54,114 nucleotides of DNA from positions 1-54,114 of IMG/VR virus record IMGVR_UViG_3300025012_000112. One strand, 5' to 3'. The notes under the pieces are model-generated. The model was not told the DNA's origin. It saw only the letters and a program-made list of their open reading frames with translations, and ran no database searches. The stretch is from a virus (taxonomy: Duplodnaviria > Caudoviricetes). This document shows positions 18,769 to 28,724 of the stretch, piece by piece. Every line of letters begins with the position of its first letter. The first letter of the stretch is position 1. Position numbers and translations under genes: made by a program.

Positions 18769-20178
18769 TTACGATGTTAGTTCGATTTCGACGATAACCA
18801 CAGCGTCTTTCGGAGTGCCGGCCACGTTAAGTGCATACACAGACAACACGTCTCCGGCGGCAAACGTGTTGTTGGCAAAGGACCCCGTCACATCCGTCTC
18901 AATTGCTCCGGCCGCGGCACCCAAGGAGATGTCCACGCTGGCGTCCATCAGCACGCCGTTTTTGTGTACCTCGAAATCAATGGTGGTGCCGGCGGTCCCC
19001 AACTGCGCGGTGATCCCCGTGACCTTCCCGGCCCGAAGCATCCTGTACGAAGAGACGTTAGAAAAGATGCCATCCGCGGATCGCAGATATGCCGCGTTTG
19101 GCACATTGCTCCCGCGGCCAAAGGCGTACTCTTTCTTCTGGCCCTTGGTGGGGACCTTGTCCACGGCAAGGACCTCGGAGCCGTCCTTAACAATGGTGAC
19201 GTTGTCAATCTTGGTGCCGATCCCATTGGCTGTGACTGAGGCTCCCGCGACCGCGGCTCCCGTGGTCGTATCGGAGACTGCGCTTACTGTTCCGGTGGTG
19301 ATGTCGATTCCGTCACCGGCCACAAGAGACGTCGCCCAGTCATGCATCGACCACTTGGACACAGTGTCGAAAATCGCAAACTGATTGGAGTATAGCCCGG
19401 TGCTCACCGCCGCAAACATCCCATCAATGGCGGCAACAACCAGGTCGTACAGCACGGGATCGTCAGCGCTGGGATCGCCGGTCAGCTCGATGATGCTGTA
19501 CTGAGTGCCGCCGGAAAAATCACCGCCCAACGCTTCCAAAATCAGACGATCTCCGGCAGCCCCGGCCTTCAACTGTGTCCAGCCCGTATCCGCGGAATTA
19601 CGCTCGATGATGTCTCCACGGGCAACAGCCAATCCGTCCCACGGGGTTCCCGTCGCGTCTCCGACCACATAGGCCTTCCCTGCCCCGACGGCGCCCGGAT
19701 TGGTGTCAGCTGTCCCCATGAGTCTGGCGGATACGACATTGCCCTGGAACGCCTTTCCCTGGGCTATATCAATCACCCATGCGGCATTGGGTACTTCCGT
19801 GCCAGAGAACGAAGTTGCGGATGTTTTGGGTTTCCCCGACCCGAGGTTCAAGTCACCGCCCCCGTCCAGCACGGGGACTTTATTGGCGCCACCGGACGTG
19901 GAGAATAACCCATGCTGCATCAGGTAATCGGAATACATCCCGAAATACGCGCTGTCCACCAGGTCCACCGTCCCACCCGCGGGAAGGTCCACGCGCAATG
20001 CGTGTGTCGCGGAAAGCACCAGGTCACCGCGTTGTAACAGGCCCCCGATCCCCTCATCGGTAAAAGAGTCTTTGATGTCGAGGGTGCCTGTGGTCGCTGG
20101 AATTGGCGTGTCGAAACCCAATGCCGTGATAGGCCATGTCCCCCCATCGGTGTTAACAAGAGTTCTTACGCGAGCCAT
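18769..20178 (-). CDS. Virion fibre protein
   Basis: Gly/Ala/Thr-rich with AGDGIDIT and IDNVTIVK fibre-type repeats. C-terminal domain is paralogous to 20185..20700. Confidence 0.6.
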   Translation of the reverse strand: MARVRTLVNTDGGTWPITALGFDTPIPATTGTLDIKDSFTDEGIGGLLQRGDLVLSATHALRVDLPAGGTVDLVDSAYFGMYSDYLMQHGLFSTSGGANKVPVLDGGGDLNLGSGKPKTSATSFSGTEVPNAAWVIDIAQGKAFQGNVVSARLMGTADTNPGAVGAGKAYVVGDATGTPWDGLAVARGDIIERNSADTGWTQLKAGAAGDRLILEALGGDFSGGTQYSIIELTGDPSADDPVLYDLVVAAIDGMFAAVSTGLYSNQFAIFDTVSKWSMHDWATSLVAGDGIDITTGTVSAVSDTTTGAAVAGASVTANGIGTKIDNVTIVKDGSEVLAVDKVPTKGQKKEYAFGRGSNVPNAAYLRSADGIFSNVSSYRMLRAGKVTGITAQLGTAGTTIDFEVHKNGVLMDASVDISLGAAAGAIETDVTGSFANNTFAAGDVLSVYALNVAGTPKDAVVIVEIELTS

Positions 20179-20184
20179 TTAAGC

Positions 20185-20700
20185 TCACCTCCATCTGAAT
20201 TCAACAAGGACCGTGGGTTTGTCTATACGTCCTTGTATGATCTTGCATCTTAGTTCTTGTTCCGCGTCGAATTCCGCTGTCAAATTCCTGACGAACCACT
20301 TGCGGTTTCCTATCGGGACGATCATGTCCGCCAGAATAACCAGGTCGGCATACACCCTGACCCTGAGATTGGCGGCCGCAACAGGCGTCGCCATAAGAAT
20401 GGAGATCGATATAAGTTTGCCATCGTTCGCCATCGGTATTCCACGGACGTTGGACGGGACACCATTCGTCTCCATATATTGTCCCGCAATAACGATCCCA
20501 TTCTGTCCGAACTCCACCATTTGTGGCGAGTTCAGGTGGAAGTGCTGTGCATCGGCATTCGCTCCCGTTGTGAGTGCCGTCTTTTGTGCTGGGGTCAGGA
20601 ACTGATGCTGCTTGCCCACCTCGGTGATCTTGTCCGAGCTTATACCAAGGTATGCCCCGGCTGGAGCCGCAACGTCTTTGTCTCGCACACGTGTGTTCAT
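20185..20700 (-). CDS. Short fibre/decoration protein
   Basis: NADAQHFH motif; C-terminal beta domain resembles that of 18769..20178; SD AAGGAG. Confidence 0.55.
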   Translation of the reverse strand: MNTRVRDKDVAAPAGAYLGISSDKITEVGKQHQFLTPAQKTALTTGANADAQHFHLNSPQMVEFGQNGIVIAGQYMETNGVPSNVRGIPMANDGKLISISILMATPVAAANLRVRVYADLVILADMIVPIGNRKWFVRNLTAEFDAEQELRCKIIQGRIDKPTVLVEFRWR

Positions 20701-20723
20701 CGGGTCCTGACGCTCCTTGGCTA

Positions 20724-20752
20724 ATTGTACATCACATTGACGATTGCCACAA
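20724..20752 (-). promoter_or_regulatory. Possible internal promoter
   Basis: TTGTGG-17 nt-TACAAT in one of the few intergenic gaps of the operon. Confidence 0.3.
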
Positions 20753-20761
20753 CAGGTTGTG

Positions 20762-21409
20762 CTATATCATGATCCGGCGAATACGTATTCGTGCACTGTA
20801 CGACGCGTCGCCATTGCTGCAATTCAGGTATATGTTATCGACATCCGCCGTCACGCTCAGTGTGATACTACTTGCGTCCCCAATCGACGCGGTTGGTGTC
20901 TGAAGCTCCTGAACACCGGAGGTGTCGTCCCAGCAGGCTAATATCTGCACGGTCTTGAACCCATTCACAGTGACTTTTTCGATGGTACATATCCATTCCG
21001 CGCCATGAACGTTTGCCTCTCGCGGAACGGTGTCCACCACCGCGGAAGCGCTGGGCATGACAATCTGTTCTTTACTGGGCACACCGGACTGGTAAGCGGA
21101 TATGTCGGCGACCATTATCCATCGGCCGGTTTGTGGTGCGCCACCACCATCGTCAGGTTCTACGATGCGCAGGTCGGCATCCTCGTCTTGTCCGGAGCCG
21201 GGATCGTATATGTACAGTCGGCCAAGTTCCGTCACCTGGCGTATCTGATAATCCGTTACTTCGACGGGTTCCCCGAGGACCCCTCCTGTCTTGATGTTGC
21301 GGAGCACGGTGAGGTCGACCGCTGGTTTGGACCAGTTATTGAGCCTACTCAGCTGTTCCTCGCGGACGGACTCATCCACGAGGTCCAGATATCCTTTTAG
21401 TTTGCTCAT
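20762..21409 (-). CDS. Virion fibre/decoration protein
   Basis: IVEPDDGG...GRW motif plus a C-terminal beta domain; coupled start (ATGA). Confidence 0.55.
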   Translation of the reverse strand: MSKLKGYLDLVDESVREEQLSRLNNWSKPAVDLTVLRNIKTGGVLGEPVEVTDYQIRQVTELGRLYIYDPGSGQDEDADLRIVEPDDGGGAPQTGRWIMVADISAYQSGVPSKEQIVMPSASAVVDTVPREANVHGAEWICTIEKVTVNGFKTVQILACWDDTSGVQELQTPTASIGDASSITLSVTADVDNIYLNCSNGDASYSARIRIRRIMI

Positions 21410-21960
21410 GATCCCTCTCCTTGGCCTGGCAGATGCGCCCTTATATCATAATGAATAACGAAGACGTCTCCGTTCTCGATCAGACCCGCGGGCACGATCT
21501 CTATGCCCGCCACATCTACCGGGTCCGACGCAGGTACCACGACTTCGTTCCATTCTGATGTTCGTACGAGTTCCCGGCCCCGGAATACCACCCGGAGACT
21601 TCCATATATACGGCGCCCCACATAGTCCGGGACTTCCGGAAAGAGTATCTGTTCGAAGGCCAGGTTTTGTCCGCTGGGATCCGCCGTGGTGTATCCCGCG
21701 GAATATTCGACGCGGATGTGCAGCACTCCGCCGGATTGAAGAGCCAGCAACGTGTACTCGATCGCAATTATGGAACAAAAGATGTCGTGGGAATATTTGG
21801 AGAACGCTTTGAGATTATATCCATCGTCGAAGACGGGCCACTTGTCGAGAGCCCCCGGAAACGCCGTTTCGCCCGCGCGCGCAAGGTTCTCGGGCTTGGT
21901 CGGCTGCAGTTCCGCAAAAGCCTGGATTGTGTCCTGTGTCTTCGGTATCAGCTCGGCCAT
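21406..21960 (-). CDS. Hypothetical virion protein
   Basis: SD AGGAG; embedded in the operon. Confidence 0.55.
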   Translation of the reverse strand: MAELIPKTQDTIQAFAELQPTKPENLARAGETAFPGALDKWPVFDDGYNLKAFSKYSHDIFCSIIAIEYTLLALQSGGVLHIRVEYSAGYTTADPSGQNLAFEQILFPEVPDYVGRRIYGSLRVVFRGRELVRTSEWNEVVVPASDPVDVAGIEIVPAGLIENGDVFVIHYDIRAHLPGQGEGS

Positions 21961-21969
21961 GGCAATCTC

Positions 21970-22545
21970 CTAATCGATGACGCGGATTCGTCGTTCCTTC
22001 CTGAGCAGGCTTTCAAATGCGGCAACGTTGATGCTCTCTACCTGGCAGAAACACTGATAGAAAACCAGGATGCCTTGCTCTTCTCGTTCATCGGTGACAG
22101 CTTCGATACTCAATATCTCTATGATGCTGACCGGGACCATCGTCACCTTATTCCATTCCACTCGAACTATCAGGTCCCCTGGTTTTGGATGCGCCACTGG
22201 TTTCAGGAACACGTTCGTGCTTGGCGTGGACAACATCCCTGGATCGACCCTCTCGTAGGACCTTGTGAGCTTGCCGGGAGAGGCCTGCGACCAGTGCCGG
22301 CCCAAGTGTCTCTCAATAATAATCGGATTGCCGGTGCCGTAACACGTTGGGCAAAAACCCAGTCCTCGGGATTGCTGGCGGATAGCCTGCAAACACCGGT
22401 GCGCCTGCGCCCGATCCCGGCGGATATACAGCACGTGGTCCGCGATTTCGTCCATGGTCTGCTCGAACTCCGCCACTAGCTCGGGCGTGGAGACCTTGCG
22501 GATGTCTACCCGCAATCGTGTTTTGCTGTCCAGCCGGGTCACCAT
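21970..22545 (-). CDS. Neck/head-closure protein
   Basis: CPTCYGTG zinc knuckle and PKPGDLIVRVEW; follows the adaptor gene. Confidence 0.6.
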   Translation of the reverse strand: MVTRLDSKTRLRVDIRKVSTPELVAEFEQTMDEIADHVLYIRRDRAQAHRCLQAIRQQSRGLGFCPTCYGTGNPIIIERHLGRHWSQASPGKLTRSYERVDPGMLSTPSTNVFLKPVAHPKPGDLIVRVEWNKVTMVPVSIIEILSIEAVTDEREEQGILVFYQCFCQVESINVAAFESLLRKERRIRVID

Positions 22546-23183
22546 CTGTCCCAGTTCCTCCTGTTGCGTACTCCTGGAGGCATGTTTGCCAGAGCGCGCT
22601 GGTGTGCCATTTCAGCAAGAGGACTGGCCCCTCGAATCACAATCCGCGCCGATGCTTTTGTCTTCTGTACGCCAGTGAGCGCATAGTAGCACGCATTCAT
22701 CTCGGGAATGATGTGCGCTTGTAAGGCCGTTTGTAAATCGGCCACGCTACCGCGATGAACAATCTTGAAGTCTCCGAGGACCTTCTCTCCGGAGCCGGAA
22801 GACCCCAGGTTGGGGAATTGTCCCACAATCATGAGGTACTGTGAGCGCCAGCGCACGTAGCATTCGATCGCGGCAATCATGTTCGGGTCAGCTCCGGACG
22901 CCAGTAATTCGTCCAGGGATTGCGTCACGTCGGGCTGTGTCCACAAATTCCCACGACCGATGCCGCGCCAGGCATCCAAGGACGCCTGGTACATGTAAAT
23001 GGGAACGGTCTCGGAAGGCAAAGTAGTCACCAGCGTCCGCATGTCCAGCCCCACTATTTCGGGGTTTCCCCAAAGCGGCATCAACGGCGCAAAATAATAC
23101 ACGACTTCCGTCGGCATGATTTCGCCATCAACGCTTTGGATACGCCGAATAGTCAGTGTGTACTTACACGATTGGCTGAACAC
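22539..23183 (-). CDS. Head-tail adaptor-like protein beginning with an orphan Ig-domain fragment
   Basis: SD GGAGG, 9 nt, then GTG at 23183 (MFSQSCKYTLTI...). Helical body with SGEKVLGDFKI motif typical of adaptors. Confidence 0.6.
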   Translation of the reverse strand: MFSQSCKYTLTIRRIQSVDGEIMPTEVVYYFAPLMPLWGNPEIVGLDMRTLVTTLPSETVPIYMYQASLDAWRGIGRGNLWTQPDVTQSLDELLASGADPNMIAAIECYVRWRSQYLMIVGQFPNLGSSGSGEKVLGDFKIVHRGSVADLQTALQAHIIPEMNACYYALTGVQKTKASARIVIRGASPLAEMAHQRALANMPPGVRNRRNWDRW

Positions 23184-23559
23184 TCGTGAATTCCTCCACT
23201 GATGGGATTTGCCCGTCATTGGTGAACGCGAATTTGTGCAGGATGTGCTTGTCCAGGTACACAGTGCCGAAGACCGTCCCGGTCCAGTGCGAACCCTTGG
23301 GGTCGGCGTCCAGGAAAATGCGTCCTGTGTTGTAGCAGAACAAACGAGCGCGACCCCATTCTGTCCGGGCGCGAACAGTGGTCCTCGTCTTTTCAAACAG
23401 GACCACCAGGTTGGCTACGTCGTCCGACAGCATCCTGTACGTTTTGCCATCAATTAGCCACTGTTCGCCCGTGTAGAACAAGCGCCACTGTTCTTCGGTC
23501 ATCTCTGACCTTTTGAACTGCTGGCCCCCGTGGGTCGTAATGATGAAGTCTGGTCTCAT
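23164..23559 (-). CDS. Hypothetical protein
   Basis: 131 aa; fills the gap between operon genes with tight spacing. Confidence 0.55.
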   Translation of the reverse strand: MRPDFIITTHGGQQFKRSEMTEEQWRLFYTGEQWLIDGKTYRMLSDDVANLVVLFEKTRTTVRARTEWGRARLFCYNTGRIFLDADPKGSHWTGTVFGTVYLDKHILHKFAFTNDGQIPSVEEFTSVQPIV

Positions 23560-23562
23560 TGT

Positions 23563-24465
23563 TTATTCCACCGCGTAAGTGTATTCGAGAGCGAGCGCCC
23601 AGATGTGGGTGCGCGCTGTCGCATCAAACGGGACGGCAATCTGCAATTGAATCTCCGCGGCGCCGCCACTGCAGGACGTGGCCGGGTTCGCGGCCACATC
23701 ATCGCAACCGATGCGACTGTAGGTCCGGGATCCGATTGGGAACGCGCCAACACCTTGTGGCGGCGGCACGCTAATCAAGCGCCACACGTTGTCCGCGTCG
23801 GGCAGTGGCGGGTTGGCCGGCGGGTCCAGGGGGTCGTTGGGGACTAACCCTCCCGGTACGCGCCCGGGCGCCTCGCCAAGGCAATAAGGGCCGGGCAGCA
23901 CCTTGTTGAGCTGCGGGTCCCATGTGCCGCCGCCGGAATCGTACACGTGGTAGGCGATTTGCGCGGCCGACAACCAGAACCTGTGTTGCGTCCCCACCAC
24001 GTTCGTGATGGGCTCGGAAGCCTGCGTTGGCGGAGACCCGTAGGGTTCGTCGTACGTCTTGAGTTCGCAGTTCTCCGCGGAAGCAACCGACGGTGGGACC
24101 GCGCCCGCGGGGACCACTTCCAGATTGTTGAATATCCCGATGTTGACCAGGGACGACAGATTCTTCTGGATGATCTCGCGTTTAGTGGGCGAGGTGTCCG
24201 AGTAGAACCCGACCCCGGAATCGACCGGCCCTAGTGGTGCCGCCAGAAACGGCGGAATGGCCCAGTGGTCTTCTTCACCAGGGACTCCGCCGGCGCCCGC
24301 ATCAACCTGGCCGACCCAGTTGCCGCTTTGAGGGCCGCCGGGCGGGTAGGAGATGTTCCACGCCGGTGTCCCGAGTAACGTGGTGTAATCCGTCGCGGCG
24401 CTCACTCCCGCGGCCAGGCCGACCGCGAGTTTGAAGAATTTGATGGTTGGTTCAAGTACGGCCAT
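23563..24465 (-). CDS. Hypothetical virion protein (Pro/Gly-rich beta protein)
   Basis: SD GAGGC; 300 aa. Confidence 0.55.
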   Translation of the reverse strand: MAVLEPTIKFFKLAVGLAAGVSAATDYTTLLGTPAWNISYPPGGPQSGNWVGQVDAGAGGVPGEEDHWAIPPFLAAPLGPVDSGVGFYSDTSPTKREIIQKNLSSLVNIGIFNNLEVVPAGAVPPSVASAENCELKTYDEPYGSPPTQASEPITNVVGTQHRFWLSAAQIAYHVYDSGGGTWDPQLNKVLPGPYCLGEAPGRVPGGLVPNDPLDPPANPPLPDADNVWRLISVPPPQGVGAFPIGSRTYSRIGCDDVAANPATSCSGGAAEIQLQIAVPFDATARTHIWALALEYTYAVE

Positions 24466-24479
24466 GATGATGCCTCCTC

Positions 24480-26012
24480 TTAACTGTTAGAATCTCCATG
24501 CAACTGCTGCTGCCATTGAACGTTAACAAGCAACCTGATTGCATTCTCGCGCTTCTTGATTATGAAGTCGTCCGATTCTTCTGTCATTACCCACAGGAAT
24601 ATACCGCGCCGCGCCGCGATCGCGGGCCTGCCCCAGAGCCACCCTTGCCCCGCGGCCGCGACTCTTACCGTGACCCACACAAACAAACTCCGGATTCCTA
24701 CTACCGTGGCCCACAGCCATGGCATGTGAACTCCGGATGCGGCGGCGCGCGCCCAGACAAAAAGGTCACGGGTGCGTCCGGCGGAGACGCGGCCCCATAC
24801 CCAGCCGGCCCACCCACCGTCCCCGACAACCTTGGTCCAGACCCATGTGCTTTGCACCGCACTTAAAGCGGCCCTTACCCACAACCACGTTTGATGGTCG
24901 CCCTGTTTGGATATGCGACCCCATAACCAGGAACCCCATCGCACGAATGCCACGACTTTGGACCAGACCCAGGCCCCTGCTGGTTTGGGAATGAGGAACT
25001 CAATCTCGTTGCTCTGTGAGAAAGTCCCGTTGGTGTCGTCCACCACCAGCACTTTAATAAAGCAACTGCGTCCAATTGGAATCCCGGGGACGGTAAAAGA
25101 GAGCGGCCCCGGCGGTGTGGAATACGGAGGAACGGGAACGGTTCCTACCAGGGTCCCCGGCACTGGTATGAAATCTTCCGTTGTCCCCATGTGGATCTCA
25201 TAACGATTATACGGAGGCTCTCCCAAAATCCCTTTCGTTGGGCTCAGGGACAGCGCCGGGTCGGCCGGTTTGTAGACTTTCACGTGGTCAACTCGAACCG
25301 TGGAGTCCGCCCCGGTGTTCGACAGCCGAAGGTGGCATTCGCCCGCGGTGCGGGGCGGGGCATCGCACGACGGCGTGGGGTTGGTGCCTCCAGCGAAGGT
25401 TATCGTATTCATAAGGAAGGGTATCCACTCCGCCCCTATCTCGTCGTAAATGGTGACGTAACCGAAGCAGGTAAACCCTGGCTCTATAGTGAAACGGAAC
25501 TTGCATATCCTGTTCTGAATGTCCGGGTATTGCGGCCACTGATTCTGGTCATATACGAGAACCCACTTCTTTGCATTCTCGGACCAGATGTAGAGGTTGT
25601 CCTGCATAAACTTCACACGGAACTCATTGTTCCCGGAAGACACCATGACATCGAATTGTCCGGCAGCGCTCATGTCCCGAAGGTCAACCGTGAACTCGAC
25701 GGCATAACGCCCGTTGCTGACCCCCGGCGCAAAGTATGCGGGGGTGCCAATGTCGACGCTCTGATAGCCAACACAGTCCAATTCCAGAACCTTGTCATTC
25801 TGGGTCCATGGCTCCGCCAGCGCGACGACTTGAGCTGTTCCCGTACTCCCGCCGGAAAGCGACCATCCCGCGGGAAGACCCAGCACATCGAACAACTCGA
25901 AGGCGTAGTCCCCGGTGGTAAGATACGGTATCCAGTGCACATCCGCTTGCGCCAGCACGGGGTTAACCGCGAAAGGACCAGAGGCGACTGTGTACTCGTG
26001 CTTGAATGCCAT
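24480..26012 (-). CDS. Virion protein: lectin-like and FN3-like domains plus Trp-ladder repeat
   Basis: Beta-rich N-terminus, YEIHMGTTEDF...FSQSNEI FN3-like segment, and ten [WF][VL]W repeats. Confidence 0.6.
   Translation of the reverse strand: MAFKHEYTVASGPFAVNPVLAQADVHWIPYLTTGDYAFELFDVLGLPAGWSLSGGSTGTAQVVALAEPWTQNDKVLELDCVGYQSVDIGTPAYFAPGVSNGRYAVEFTVDLRDMSAAGQFDVMVSSGNNEFRVKFMQDNLYIWSENAKKWVLVYDQNQWPQYPDIQNRICKFRFTIEPGFTCFGYVTIYDEIGAEWIPFLMNTITFAGGTNPTPSCDAPPRTAGECHLRLSNTGADSTVRVDHVKVYKPADPALSLSPTKGILGEPPYNRYEIHMGTTEDFIPVPGTLVGTVPVPPYSTPPGPLSFTVPGIPIGRSCFIKVLVVDDTNGTFSQSNEIEFLIPKPAGAWVWSKVVAFVRWGSWLWGRISKQGDHQTWLWVRAALSAVQSTWVWTKVVGDGGWAGWVWGRVSAGRTRDLFVWARAAASGVHMPWLWATVVGIRSLFVWVTVRVAAAGQGWLWGRPAIAARRGIFLWVMTEESDDFIIKKRENAIRLLVNVQWQQQLHGDSNS
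24591..24971 (-). repeat. Ten-copy 14-residue [WF]-[VL]-W protein repeat
   Basis: WVWSK, WLWGR, WLWVR, WVWTK, WVWGR, FVWAR, WLWAT, FVWVT, WLWGR, FLWVM at 14-aa spacing (one interval is 12). Confidence 0.85.
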
Positions 26013-26470
26013 TAGAGTACCTGCTGCCCCACGGAATAGTCATAGTATCCAAAGAGCTCAACACGGCAAATACCGACGCGCGGCCCCGGTCCTCCCATGC
26101 CCCCGGCCCCGTTGTCAAACATGAACCGGACCTGCGTATCCTTGAAGCAGGGGATACAGATTGCCTTGGGAAGCGAGACGGGAATTCCCGCCAGAGCCGC
26201 GCCGTAGATTGTCTGAGCGTGCCAGTTCGCCGGTGCTCCCGATACGTTCAGATTGGTCTCCAATTTCCAGAAGTAGTCGAATGAGGAGACTACCAGTATC
26301 TGCACGAGATTAAACTGCTCCGGCAGGAAGTTGCCCGGACCTGGAAACAGGACGCCATTTGCCAGCTCCAGATTCCCCACCGGAGGATCGGTGGCAAATA
26401 TGATGGAATCGTTGCCATCTCTGATGACACTTCGTAATTGTGTCCGGCGATTAACGTTGTTGCCGCTCAT
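26012..26470 (-). CDS. Hypothetical virion protein
   Basis: SD AAGGAGGT; 152 aa; beta-rich. Confidence 0.55.
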   Translation of the reverse strand: MSGNNVNRRTQLRSVIRDGNDSIIFATDPPVGNLELANGVLFPGPGNFLPEQFNLVQILVVSSFDYFWKLETNLNVSGAPANWHAQTIYGAALAGIPVSLPKAICIPCFKDTQVRFMFDNGAGGMGGPGPRVGICRVELFGYYDYSVGQQVL

Positions 26471-26481
26471 GGCGGACCTCC

Positions 26482-26976
26482 TTAGTACTTCTCGTCGTAT
26501 ACGACCTGGATGACGCTCTCGTCACTGAGCACCTCGTCCCAGTCGTTGATGGTGATCGTCGTCTGGACACCGAGCTGGTGGCCCACTGTGTAATCATGGG
26601 AAGCCCCTTCGGCTCTGAGGATACCGTCAATGTACAGCAGTTCATTCCTCGTAAACGTTGGGGTGGGCAGATATACCTTTCCCATCTGTCCACGAATCAG
26701 CGCGCCGTCAAAAAGGAGACGCGACGTGGTTGCGTATGCGTTGTGAAGTGTTACGTTATCCGTGTGCTCTTGTACCGTGTCGCTGAACGGATCCGCGGTA
26801 CCCGGATTCAACTTGGTTCGCAGGATGTCTTGAGCCCGGACGTCGTGGATGTTCTGTCCAAGGCCCACCGCCGTCATATGCACAAGCATCGCGTTGTAAT
26901 CGAGCCACCAGCGCTCTTCCACGCCGTCCCACATCTTCAAGAATTGGTGCCTGGGCGTCAGTTCGGATATCCTCAT
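26482..26976 (-). CDS. Hypothetical virion protein
   Basis: SD GGAGG; LLYIDGILRAEG..DYTV small beta domain seen in fibre proteins. Confidence 0.55.
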   Translation of the reverse strand: MRISELTPRHQFLKMWDGVEERWWLDYNAMLVHMTAVGLGQNIHDVRAQDILRTKLNPGTADPFSDTVQEHTDNVTLHNAYATTSRLLFDGALIRGQMGKVYLPTPTFTRNELLYIDGILRAEGASHDYTVGHQLGVQTTITINDWDEVLSDESVIQVVYDEKY

Positions 26977-28715
26977 GATAGCCTCCCGAGCAGGACGCCG
27001 TATGAATACACGGCCGTGTTATTTGATACTTCAATCAGCAATTGGATACTTTGTCCCGTGAAGTCCAGCAGGAAGTCGTTGTCGAATTGCGTGTCGTTGA
27101 TGGCAGGATTATTCATACCGTCAGCAATAACGGTCACCGTGACCGCGGAAGGGTCCTCCGCCTCCACGTGGACGTTGACGTATTCCACGGTGTACATCGT
27201 GGCCGTGTACACATATTCCTTGGATAGGCACGTTCCCGCGCCCCGTAAGGCATGGTCCGCAATCGTGGCGCCCCCGCCCAGCAAGTCGGTTCCGCTTGCG
27301 TCTTCGAAAACGTCAACGATCATTCCTCGGGTCCACATGGACCCGACGAACCAGTTCCTGTACCACTCCAGCTCTTCAAAGGTCCGGAGGGTCTCCCCGG
27401 CGAATGATGATGTCGGAGATAACGCCGGCGGATTTGCGCCGTTAAGGTTCCAGGGCTCTCCTGACACAGTGGCCATGACCGCCCGGATATTGTTCAGGCT
27501 CTCGTTCAGGTCCGTGGGCGCGGCATTCCACGTCGACCCCACGACCAGAGGACCAACCCATGCCGGGTCTATCGACGCGGCGGGGAAAGCCAGTCCACCG
27601 CTGACGGTAAGCATGGTTGTGACATCCAGGCTCTCGATAGCAGCGGATGCGGCCGCCAGACTGGTAGCCTCCAGAATCCCGGCCATCAAAGTATCAAACG
27701 TCCCCGCTTCCAGCGCGGTGACTCCTCCAAGGACGGCTCCGCCGCCGCCCCATGCCAGTAACGTCGGGATCAGATCGGCGATGTTTAACTTGGTTGGGAG
27801 AACGAGGTCTATCCCGGTTTGCCAGGCCAACAAATCGGCAACGTCGCTCCCTATCCCGGCCACCGTGCCCTGCAAGCTAAACATATCCGTCTGCAGAGTC
27901 CCGATGTCGAGGGTATGTTGGGCGACGTCGGCGTGGCCCACAGGGTCTCCCATGTGTCCGGAAAGCACCGAAGCCTCGGCCGCTCCGAGGGCCGCTAGTT
28001 CGAGCAGGCTCAGCCCATGGGCCGCCGTGGCCGAGGCTTCCGCATGCGTCGTGGTCATGCCCAGCATTTCCGTGATCGCGTCGTGCAGGCTCGTTGCAAC
28101 CAGCCCTGCTTGTGCCACCGCCACACTGGCATCGTCGAGTGTCCCCGTATGTGAATCTAAATCGTGTTCTTTCGGATGGTGGTCGTCCTCTCCTATATCC
28201 ACAATATTTGGATGACTGATTTGTTTGCCGGCCGTGCCGTCGTGCGCATGCCCGCCTGTGATGTCCCACGTTACTTGCGCTTCCGCCAACGGCCCGGTAT
28301 GGTCTGACCCTCCCAGGCCGTGCACTTGCGTATGGTGGTCGTCCGCGGTCATGTCCAGAAGACTTGGGTGTGATACCTGTTGTCCGCTTGCGCCGCCCGC
28401 ATGGGCATGGCCACCATCCCCGAACGCAACCTGTATCTCTCCGAAGGCAAACATGTCTGGCAAATATATTTGTGTGAACTGAATTGTCCCGTTCAGGATG
28501 CCGGTGATCTGGTCCTGCAGATCCTCGTCAATCAAAGACATCGCATTGAAGCGGCCGTCGAGAGCCGTTGGGTCGGCAATGTCGGACACGGCCGCGGTCA
28601 GCAGGGCGAGGATTTGCTGCCACTGCGTCTCTCGCAAAGCATCCGCGAAACCGACTTGGCGCTCATATAGAGACGACCCGGTGGACTTCTGGATGTTGGT
28701 TGTCTGTTCCGGCAT
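26973..28715 (-). CDS. His-rich trimeric fibre/whisker-like protein
   Basis: Repeated GHAH/DDHH/SHTG motifs, coiled-coil stretches and a C-terminal beta domain. Confidence 0.6.
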   Translation of the reverse strand: MPEQTTNIQKSTGSSLYERQVGFADALRETQWQQILALLTAAVSDIADPTALDGRFNAMSLIDEDLQDQITGILNGTIQFTQIYLPDMFAFGEIQVAFGDGGHAHAGGASGQQVSHPSLLDMTADDHHTQVHGLGGSDHTGPLAEAQVTWDITGGHAHDGTAGKQISHPNIVDIGEDDHHPKEHDLDSHTGTLDDASVAVAQAGLVATSLHDAITEMLGMTTTHAEASATAAHGLSLLELAALGAAEASVLSGHMGDPVGHADVAQHTLDIGTLQTDMFSLQGTVAGIGSDVADLLAWQTGIDLVLPTKLNIADLIPTLLAWGGGGAVLGGVTALEAGTFDTLMAGILEATSLAAASAAIESLDVTTMLTVSGGLAFPAASIDPAWVGPLVVGSTWNAAPTDLNESLNNIRAVMATVSGEPWNLNGANPPALSPTSSFAGETLRTFEELEWYRNWFVGSMWTRGMIVDVFEDASGTDLLGGGATIADHALRGAGTCLSKEYVYTATMYTVEYVNVHVEAEDPSAVTVTVIADGMNNPAINDTQFDNDFLLDFTGQSIQLLIEVSNNTAVYSYGVLLGRLS

Positions 28716-28724
28716 CGTATGCTC

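Noticed and set aside
23184-23396. N-terminal extension of ORF 22539..23396
   Set aside because: It overlaps the better gene 23164..23559, and a strong SD-GTG at 23183 explains the real start.
26578-28215. 545-aa plus-strand ORF
   Set aside because: It is the antisense shadow of the fibre gene, with Ser/Ala/Pro-rich composition and no SD; such shadows are expected in high-GC3 DNA.
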